Assembly (NCBI GenBank): GCA_010093815.1
Contig: ML996573.1
Direction: 5' to 3' (one strand)
DNA: 64,000 bases
DNA from: Pseudovirgaria hyperparasitica
Taxonomy: Eukaryota
The first letter of the stretch is position 1. Each line of letters begins with the position of its first letter. A program made the position numbers and the translations under genes. Under the pieces are notes generated by a model. It was not told the origin of the DNA, ran no database searches, and saw only the letters and a list, made by a program, of their open reading frames with translations. Of the stretch, positions 47,463 to 57,495 are shown piece by piece.

Positions 47463-49133
47463 ATGTTCTGGCCGGAGCATATATCTACGATCGGCATTCT
47501 CGCCGCTACCCTTTTCCTTCTCCGTGTACTACACTCCTTTGGCCATTTCAAGATTCAGCACACGTTATGGGAGAAGATCGGCGTAGTGGGTGTATCTCCG
47601 GGCGGTGGTATCTTCTCCTGGCTGCTCGCTGTGCTGAAGTCGCCCGTGAAGCTGGATGAATATCTCCAAGATGGCTACGACAAATATTCGAAGCAGGGCA
47701 AGCCGTTTGGACTGCCTACCATGTGGATGGGCGGTTATCTTGTCATCCTACCTCGTTCAATGTTGCACTTTCTGAACAGATCCAGGCAGGAGCTCTCCGG
47801 ATTTAATGCTTTGCTCGAGGGCATCCAATTCAAATACCTCCTTTCAGATCGGGGACGAATCTGGTCCAATCCAATACATTTTGAAGTAACAAACGATTTG
47901 ACATCAAAGGACTTGGCAGTTCTTGCGCCCATCATGATGGAAGAGTTCGAAAATGCATTCCGTACATGCTGGGATGATCCGGGCATGGCCGACAATGGTC
48001 TCATTACTGATGCATTTGCCTCCATGACACGAATCACATCGCGCGTGTCGGTTAGAGTTATGCTTGGACTTCCTATCTGTAGGAATGCAGAGTATATGGA
48101 AGAGTCAATGCGGTACTCCAACTCTATCATGCAGAGCGCAGCTATCATCAATTGTCTCCCACCTTTTATGAGGCCTGTGATAGGAAGACTTCTTGGTCTA
48201 TGGACGCGGCACAACGCGCGGAAAGTACTCAAGTTCATGGTTCCTGTGGTGGAAGAACGACTGCAAAAGCATAAGCAGATGGGTGGCGACGCACACAGCC
48301 AGGTACAGCTATACTTCGTTTCCACTGACTAGGCCATGCGTACTGACTGATAGGTATCGCAGCTCGATATGCTCCAGTCACTGATCCGCGTAGCGCAGAA
48401 CCATGGGCCAGCGGAGTTGGGCGCCGATCGAATAGCTAAACGCGTTCTTGCCCTCAAAACCATGTTCATTTTCGGCATTGGTTGGGTGTTTGCGCAAGCC
48501 GTCTTGGAAATCTACAGCAATCCAGACTGCGCCGATATAGTCCGAACTCTAGAGCAAGAGTGCCGTAGAGTAGCGAGAGAGAATAATGGATTGTCGACAC
48601 GCGAGGCAATCGACAAACTGTACCACGTGGATTCGGCGATCCGGGAATCGATGCGTCTGAATGATGCCTTCCTGCATACTTTGCCTTTCGATGTTGTAGC
48701 AGGCTCACCGATCGAATTGAGCAAAGGTTGGACGATAAGTCCGGGATCACGAGTCCGCATGGCTTACCCAGGACGATTTGTACATTTGGACCCTGACATA
48801 TATCCTGAGCCACGGCGTTTCGATCCGTTCCGTTTCGTGCATAAAGGCGACACTAACAGTTCAGAAGAGTCCGGAGAGGAGGCCATGTCCAAGCAAGAAT
48901 TGCTAACCACGCCTAGCAAGTCGTTTCTTTTCTTCGGCTATGGACGCCACGGCTGTCCTGGCAGATGGTTTGTATCTACGCTGGTGAAACAGGCTTTGAG
49001 CTACGTGGTTCTCAATTACGATGTGGAGGTGACGAATTTGCCGGGCAAGAAGCAGTCCCTGTTGAACTTTGTGCTCCCTCCAATGGAGGCAAGACTACGA
49101 GTGAAGCGGAAAGTATCAGTCTCGACTGAGTGA
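47463..49133 (+). CDS. Cytochrome P450 (ent-kaurene-oxidase-like class) with atypical I-helix
   Basis: N-terminal anchor, GYDKYSK, DSAIRESMR (ExxR), FDPFRF, heme loop FGYGRHGCPGRWF. Intron 48303-48352. Confidence 0.94.
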
Positions 49134-50431
49134 CAGCTCCGGCTGTGATTTAGGGATTGAGTCAGTTGACTCATACTTTTGTGGGGGACACTCTTGCAAC
49201 TGAGAACACTGAGCACAGTGTTGTACCCAAAATTTTGGTGTCACAGGATCATATACTCGGTGGAGACATCGAATGATGATATATCGGACAGAAGTTTGTT
49301 TTGATCACGTGGGGGTCCTGAGCAAATGTGGATGGATAGTATGGCCTCAGGCCCCAGCAAAAAGCCTTCTCGTATCCTCAAAGCTTCGCCAAATTCTATT
49401 TCCACGACATGATGATACATCTTCCATCAACGAACAATATGCCATCTGTGACGGCGCATGTCACCATCAACCGGGATTGATGCACACCAGTCTATTCCAT
49501 GACGAGCAAGTGTTGAATACTGACTCCCTTCATCTCGTCAACATCAGCTTATCTCGAGCTTTTGCTTTTCCCTTTGTGTCTTTGTGTCTGTAAGAAGATC
49601 ACGGTGTCCAATCGCGACGACGCTTCGGAAGCCGAAGATTGATTGATAAGATAACAATGCTGGGCAGTCATCTACTTGTCACACGCCATCGCCCACAAGT
49701 TCTCGAATGGACGGCCGGGCCCGGGGAATGGATGCTTTCATCCTTGTCCCTGTGGTGAAATTGGAATTTTTAGAATGTCAACCCGTTTTGCCGGATTACC
49801 CAGTGTGGCCGTGGATCGGTGAGCAAGTAATACAGCCAGGTCAGGCTGCTAGAAAACGTCATATGAGGCGCGCCGGCTGTGAAGCTGGGAGGTCTGCCCA
49901 GGTGCTCGACAACGACAATAATGATGACACTTACTCCAACAACCAGCCAATGCAACGACTGGATGCAGCATGCAGGGAGTTCTCAGCATCATTTTCCCAC
50001 TCCCAGAGCCGCCCATGAGACAGCGTGATGATCTAGCAGGGGACCATAACGACGATCACAGCGCGGCGTGGGGGCGGGAACACTGGCTGTGTCCACGTTG
50101 ATCATCTCCATGGATCGTTGTTCTCCTAGGGATGTTCCCCCCCCTTTCGAGCTGGCTATTCTACGGAGCATTGTCTCAGATTATAAGGAGTCATCATACC
50201 AATCTCTCCAGATGCCACTACCTCCCGCCAAAAGACCAACAGGAGGACATCGCGTCTACGATCTACGAGCGTTGCCCCGTGTACGCCAGCCGCCGTCATG
50301 GCGGGAAGGAAGCGCACGCCCCTCCCGTTCGAATTCCTTCACTATACTATCGCTCGCATACACGAGCCACCATCCTTCCGACCAGTCCAGCCGGCACTTT
50401 GAGCCCTTAGGACCTAAACCAAACATCCAAC

Positions 50432-52568
50432 ATGTCGAGAAGCGCATCAGATCTTCACGATGATTCTCAGAGTTCTCCACAGGATGAGACGTCCGGGAGA
50501 GCCTCTGACATTGCCGAGGTGGAGAAGCCGCAGCACGGCTCTGTCAGGGAGACGGAATACGTGACTGGCTTCAAGTTGGTGTTGATTGTAGCCAGCATGG
50601 CGCTCGCGTGTTTTCTCATGCTTCTGGATACGATGATCGTCAGTACTGTAAGTCATCTCGGTTGCCACATCCGTCGGAATGCTGTGTTTTGACTGACTTG
50701 TTGATTTAGGCTGTACCACGCATTACAGACACTTTCAACTCCCTTCCAGATGTAGGATGGTATGCAAGCGCGTATCAATTTGGCAGGTACGTACCTGATG
50801 ATGATTCTTTGATCTCCAAGTCCACGATAGCTGACCTCAAGACAGTGCTGCACCTCAGCCCCTGACGGGGAAGATCTATACGCACTTCAACTCCAAGGTT
50901 TGTGTAACCGTGCTGAATGCCAATTGAGTGTTGCATTTGCTCATGATTGCACCACAGTGGACATTCCTGTCGTTTTTCGGCATCTTCGAGCTTGGCTCCA
51001 TCCTCTGTGGGGCAGCCGTGTCGTCAAACATGTTGATAGTCGGTCGTGCGATTGCGGGATTCGGTGCAGCAGGAATCATTAATGGCGCCATCACTATCAT
51101 CTCGAGTTGCGCGCCCCTGGAGAGGCGCCCTGGTGAGTTCTCTCTATTACTTTTTTGCAGGATTGGCAAGTGGCTGACAGAGAATATACAGTCCTCATTG
51201 GTATCACAATGGGTCGTAAGTCGAATCTCAGTTATGAAACTTTCCAGTGTCCTAAGCTTTCTGACTAGTAAATCAACTTGGACTTGTTGCTGGCCCGCTT
51301 ATAGGAGGTGCTTTTACTTCTTACACGACTTGGAGATGGTGTAAGTGCTGAAGTTGCCCCTTTTTGAGTAACCCTTGACTAACGAGGGCTGCTAGGCTTT
51401 TATGTCAATCTCCCTCTAGGAGCATTCACAGCAGCAACACTCGTCCTCGTACGAATCCCTGAGCAAGCCAAGAAGGAGCGTGCGGCTGCTGTCCTGTCCA
51501 AGCTGCACCATTATCTTGATTTGATCGGATTTCTCCTTTTCGCCCCTGCTGTGCTGATGCTTCTTCTTGCTCTTCAGTATGGCGGTAATCAGTACCCCTG
51601 GAGCTCATCTCGCGTCATCGGCCTATTCTGTGGATCCGGCGTGACCTTTATAGTATGGCTATTCTGGAATCGCCATAAGGGCGACGATGCGCTGATTCCT
51701 TGGTACATGATCAGGCAGACCGTCGTCTGGTCGTCGGGGCTCTTCCAAGCGCTCGTGATGTCTGCTGTGTATGGAGCAACGTTCTATTTGCCTCTATATT
51801 TCCAGGCCATTAACAATGCCACACCGGTCCTAAGCGGCGTGTATCTTCTCCCTATGATTCTCCCACAGCTCTTCGCTGCTGGCCTATCTGGAGGTCTAAG
51901 TAAGTTATATCATTGCATTGTCACGGCGTTGCTAAACAGGCTGCAGTCCAAAAATTTGGATATGTCATTCCACTAGCAATTGTTGGTACAATCCTTCTCA
52001 CCGTAGGCAGCGGTTTGTATTCGCTTCTACAGCCATCTAGTCCGACTGGATGGTGGGTTGGCTTCCAGATACTCGCCGGCTTTGGCTCTGGACTGACCAT
52101 GCAGCTGGTAAGTCCACACCTCCCTTCCTGATAATCCTCAGCAGCATTGCCAGACACTAAATCCTACGAAACAAACAGGCTATCCTCACAGTGCAAGCCG
52201 TAATCGGGGAGAGAGATCTCTCGACCGGCATGGCAATCATCATCTTCGCACAGTCCATCGGACCAGCCATATTCCTGGTGATTTTCAACGTCCTTTTCCT
52301 GGCTAGCCTGAACGGCCAGCTCCGAGAATATGCGCCGGGCGCTGATGCGGCAGCGATCGTGCGCGCCGGAGCCACGGGATTCCGCAGGTTCGTTGCAACA
52401 GAAGATTTGGCTGGTGTGCTGGTTGCATATTCCAACAGCGTCGACCGTGTGTTCTACCTTGTTGCTGGGGTTGCTGCGGCTTGCTCTCTTGTGCTCTGGG
52501 GAATGGGATGGCGTGATCTGAGGAAGCCAGAGGAGAAGCCGAAAGAGTCTGAAGGGCAAGTTATTTAG
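50432..52568 (+). CDS. MFS drug/toxin efflux pump, DHA14 family (AflT/GliA-like)
   Basis: [63 protein letters not shown] and YLPLYFQAI motifs. About 8 canonical introns. Confidence 0.95.
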
Positions 52569-54988
52569 AAGTCTTGTTAGTGACGTTGAGCGAGCGTGCG
52601 ATTAGTGTTGATGTAATAGCTTATTTTCGGTTATGATATCCCAAATGCAATCAATTTACTGTGATAGAAACACCTACATGACAAAACATGTGCACTATAA
52701 ATTCATAGCTAGAATCAGAACCTCCTTTCCACGCGATGTTCAGCGTTATCGTCGCAGCGATCTTTCGCCATAAACAAGACGTTTCCAATATGGAAAGCAC
52801 GATTCTGTTCAGGGCAAGCACGCTAGCCAGTAGAAGATATAGCTAAACTCAACCTTTGTCTTCAAGTTTCTCTTTCTTTATCTCTTTACAACACCTTCAT
52901 TCAACACGCATCACTGAATAGTCGCTACTCAGCATATCAAACATGCCCATGTGCGCACACCTGTACACCCGTCTGTAACGTACAGCACGGTACAACACTA
53001 GACCACCTATTCCAGGCAAGTCTTCTCCCTAACCCCCTTAGCGGAGAACCGCGGTACCCCCGGATCCAGCAGCCCGCAACGACGACACAGACACACTACG
53101 CCGAACCGGGCTCATTCGCCGCCCAGGCCACCCACCTGGCCATAAACGGGCAAAGGGGCCAGATGAACGGGCGCTGCTCCGGAGTAATCATGCCGTGCAG
53201 CCGTGCGAGGAGGGCGGAGTATGTGCATACATAGCACACTCAGCCGTCGTTCGTTTCCTACGGAGCATTGCAGATTGCAGGCACGAGGCCGATACCGACA
53301 CCGATGCCATCTGATCGCGATGCAGCAGCTGGACGGAGCGGTTGCATTGCGTCGGCCCAGAACGAAGCCTGTCATCGCGCAGCACTCAGCAGTCAGCAGT
53401 CCGGCAACGAGCAGGCGGTGCAGCGCAAGCTGAGCTGGGCTCGACTGGACTGGGTTGCCTTATCCTTCTCGCAGTGCGACCCTCAGTGGTCGGCTTGATA
53501 CGGAGATACAGATACAGATGCAGCAGATGCAGATGGAGATGCGGATCTGGACTTGCACGGTTGGCCTTGCGCATGTGCATGGCGTGCCGTATCCGACAAA
53601 AGACGGCTCTGGCGATGCTGTGCTATGCTGTGTCTGTCTGTGATTGTGCATGTCTCATTATTCATGCGATCGAGCGGGCGGTAAACAAACTTTGTGACCA
53701 TGCATAGTATTATCTGGATACGTGCATGCAGGGCAAGCGCACGCTGGCAGGCATGTGTAAAAAAGTATATTCGCCCGGCCGGTGGGCAACGGGCAGCGGG
53801 TAAGCGGGCAGGAAACAAGCAATCAAGCAAGTACAGCCGTATATTAAATCTTCAGCACAGTAACAGGAATACCTCTCCGCCGAACGATACCCACAGTCAC
53901 CGCCAACGTGTCTCAGCATATGGTGCTCACTCGCACACTTTCTGCTACTAATTATCCTTCTCCGCTTGTTACCAAGTCGGTAGTCCGCAGTCATCCAGCC
54001 AGTCCACACGCCCTAGGGAGCAGTCATAATGGCACGCTAAAGGGGGAAAGGGGGAGGGGAGGGGGGGAGACAAAGCGCTAACCAGAGGCCGTTCGTTCGT
54101 AAGATCCTTTTCTTCGGAGTGCACCGTGCCGGCTTGAACACTAACGACATAGTATTAGTCTTAACCATGAGCACGAGCACGAGCACGAGCAGCAGCTGTG
54201 GACCTCAGCAGGGCCCGGGCTCCAGCACGACCACGTTGGACACGTTCGTCAATGCACAGACGGACAGACAAAGCCTTGTCCTCCTAGCGTGGGACTCTGT
54301 AGGATTGCGTGAGCGCATGTGCGCGTGCTTGTGGTTCCTGCGCGGGCAGTAGTAAGTATAGGTCAGTGACAGGTGTGGAGAACGAAGGGGGGGACCATAT
54401 AAATTGGAGGGGCTCATGCACTGCGTGGGGAACATACACACATTACATACACACATCCACACATACAACAGAGTGGATCTGGGTGGTAGTGATCCTGAAT
54501 CCTACACTTTAGATTTGACTGAGGGGGGGTACATCGGCAGCTGGGCACGGGAAGGAATGCCTGTGGTTCGTAGTGACGTGTGGCTAGAACTGTCATGGCT
54601 GTGGCGTGGGCTTGATTTTGGTGCCTTGGTGGTTGTGTTGCTGTTGACGGTTGGGTCAGCGCGTATATATGCAGGGCTGGCTGACTGGCCTGCGTCGTGC
54701 TGACTGGACTCGCTGGTTGACTGGCTGGCTATTTGGAGATGAGGTAGGGCGTCGTATGAATGGGTGTAACTGTGACTGTGACTGTGTTGGTAGCCAGGCA
54801 GGCAGCAGCCAGACAGAGGCAGTGTCGTTTAAATGGGTGGAGGTCAAATTTCTGAAGGCTGAGACAGAGCTGAAGACATAAAATGAAGGTAAACAAACCG
54901 TAAACGCATGCACGCACCGTGCCACAGCCATACGAACCATCCAACCCATCACCCATCTATCCACCAAACAGATCTACCCATCTATCAA

Positions 54989-55039
54989 CATCCACAAATC
55001 ATCCACAAATCATCCACAAATCATCCACAAATCATCCAC
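54989..55039. repeat. 11-bp minisatellite (CATCCACAAAT) x ~4.6 just downstream of the O-methyltransferase 1 stop
   Basis: Read directly: catccacaaat repeated four times plus catccac. Confidence 0.92.
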
Positions 55040-55092
55040 CTTCCCTACCAAACCTCAAGAAACCGAATCCCCCCTCCCCTTAACTCCCCAAG

Positions 55093-56913
55093 TCAACACT
55101 CTACCCCCCTCCCCCTCCGCACAACCATAACCCCCTCATACAGCAACGGCGCATACATGTACGTCTCAACCAACTCCAGCCCCGCCTCCGCCAGCGTCTC
55201 ACGCCACTGCGCCTCCGTACGCTCCTGCCCGCCCAGCGCCGCAAGCATCGTCAGATCAATCGCCGCCGCCATCTGGCTCACCCCCGTCTCCGGCAGTATC
55301 ATCTCGTCGACCAGCAGGATCGACTCAGGCCCCATGGCGTCGCGCGTGTGCTCGAGGATGACTCGTCCGCGCGCCGGGCTGTGGTCGTGCAGGATGCCGC
55401 GCATGTAGTAGAATTTTGCGTCTGTATGTGTGTGTGAGTCTTGCTTTAGTTATCTGGACGGTGGATTGTTGTTGTTGTGGTTGTGGTGATAGAGAGAAAA
55501 AAAGGGAGAGACGGAAAAAGGGGGGGCCAGGGGGGGTAGGTGGGCATCATGTTGTATAGACCCAAACAAAAACTCACCCTTAACAGGCTGTTCCTCGAAG
55601 AAATCAAACTCCATATTCACCACGCCCGGCGTCTCCAGCGCGTTCGCGATCGAATGCGGCAGATCCTGCAGTACCACCTCGCCCGTGACATCCGGATACC
55701 GCTCCCTGAACTCGCGGCACTGGTGTCCGATGCCGCCGCCGACGTTCACGTAGACTGCCTTTTGCTTCCTCCCCGCGCTCTCCTTTACCCCCCTGTCCAC
55801 GTCGGGATTCCACCCGCGCACATACCGCGCAACGGGGAAGACAGAGAGCCAGGTAGCGTCGTGGGCGCGCTGGCGGCGCAGGGCCATGTAGTCGTTGAAG
55901 TAGGCGAGGTGGTCCGCGTGCTCGGCGAACCAGGCGAATGCGTCGAGATGGGTGTTCCAGGCGGCTTGGAAGGCGGTGTGGGTTTCGTCGGCGGGGGGTT
56001 GGTAGTTGTTTTGTGCGAGCCAGGCGGGGAGGGCTTCGTATTGGGGGGCGACGGTGTTGAGGCTGGGTTGGGGGTTTGTGAGAAGGGGGGGTTCTTGGAG
56101 GGGGTGTTTGGGTGTGGTGTGTTGTTGTTGTGGTGGTGTGGGAAAGGGGGGGGATGGGGAAGCAAGGACTTACAAGTGTGCTAGGCCGGCCTCGACGGTT
56201 TTGTCGGCGAGGTGGCGTGTTCGTTGGTTGGCGGCATATCGGGTTGGTGATACTTGCGTGATGGCGTCTATGGAGGCGAGATATCTCAATATGCGATCTT
56301 CACGTGGGAGTGTCAGTGTTGGTACAGTACATCAATCAGCATCAGTAGCAGCAGCAGCAGCACTACCACCACATGACATCGCATACACACACAGCAGACC
56401 AATCTCTCAAAGAACAGCCCGCTGTATGTGTATGCGCACGTGTACATGAACGCGTAAAATGTAAAAGTGAAAATGCAAACTCACTCAGCACCAACCCCCC
56501 AGCCCCCGGATTCCGCTCCACAATCCCGTCCACCGACACCGCACCACGCCCTTCCGCCTGCGCCTGAGTCAAAAGCCTAAACACGCCCAGATCGATGCCG
56601 ATTCTGATAGCTGCAGTTTGGAGAGTCTATTCCGCACCCGCAACGCACACCGCCATGATTAGCCAAGTCATCAATTCAATGTTATGTATGTGTGTATGTG
56701 TGTATGCTTGGCGGATATGGGGGGAGCGAGACAGGGAAGGTCGGACCGGGGGCAGGGGGGTCTACTTACCATATGTCCGTACCGGTGGATGACATCGGAC
56801 GGGCTCTCGAGCGATGCGATGAGGCGGGAGAGCGTCCGGAGGAGGAGTTGTCGAGTAGTTTCGAGGGCCGTGTGCGTGTATCCGCCGATAACGCGGCGGA
56901 TTTCTGATATCAT
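55093..56913 (-). CDS. SAM-dependent O-methyltransferase 1 (Methyltransf_2 family)
   Basis: IRIGIDLGVF, RILRYLAS, VNVGGGIGHQC, VLQDLP, FDFFEEQPVK, YYMRGILHDH and GGQERTEAQW motifs. Five exons with long CA/GT-rich introns. Confidence 0.92.
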
Positions 56914-57495
56914 CGTGTTTCTTTGCTGTGCGGAGAAAAGGTGTGGGTGTGTATCTGTTGTCTTCGTGTTTGTTCTGGATGTGTTAAATGTGGATAGTAG
57001 GATTCTTTGTAGGTGTACGTAACACCTGCTGAGATTGGCTTTTCGGGTGGGGAGGAGTTGGTGTTAATTTTGTGTATCTAGGAAGACTAAGACGGCTGAA
57101 ACGAAAAAAATAGGGCTGAAGTGGACCGGGGCAGGTTGACGCGGGTGATCCGGTGCCTGGAGTGGGGTTCTAGATACGTTGTGACATGTCTCACCTTACG
57201 TTAGGAAGAGTCAAGGGGATGACACGTCAAATCCTAAAGGAAGCAACTGAATGTAATAATACTTTGTGGATATCTCTATAGGTAAGAATGGATGGATCAG
57301 ATAGAATCTACACTAGTTCTAGCCCCACCCAATTGCGCCCGAACAATAATAGTAAAGAGACCCAGATAGATTTGCGGAGATCAAGAAGCCGAAAATACAA
57401 ACACACCACAAGGGGGGGGATATATCGCTAATACTACTGATGTACAAAATACGCCTCATAGCCATGCATTCAAAGAAACCAACAAGGATCCATGC

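Noticed and set aside
54469..54481. CAGA-GTGGA-TCTG hairpin resembling telomerase P6.1
   Set aside because: Preceded by unstructured CA-rich sequence with no P6 stem or three-way junction, so not counted as evidence.
53112..54967. Many 60-120 aa ORFs in the intra-cluster gap
   Set aside because: They are translations of microsatellites (ICIC, STST, QMQ) in overlapping frames, with no domain or splice-consistent gene model.
55733..55756. Asn instead of Asp in the O-methyltransferase 1 SAM motif (VNVGGG)
   Set aside because: A variant seen in fungal Methyltransf_2 enzymes. The other SAM-binding and catalytic motifs are intact, so it is not evidence of inactivation.
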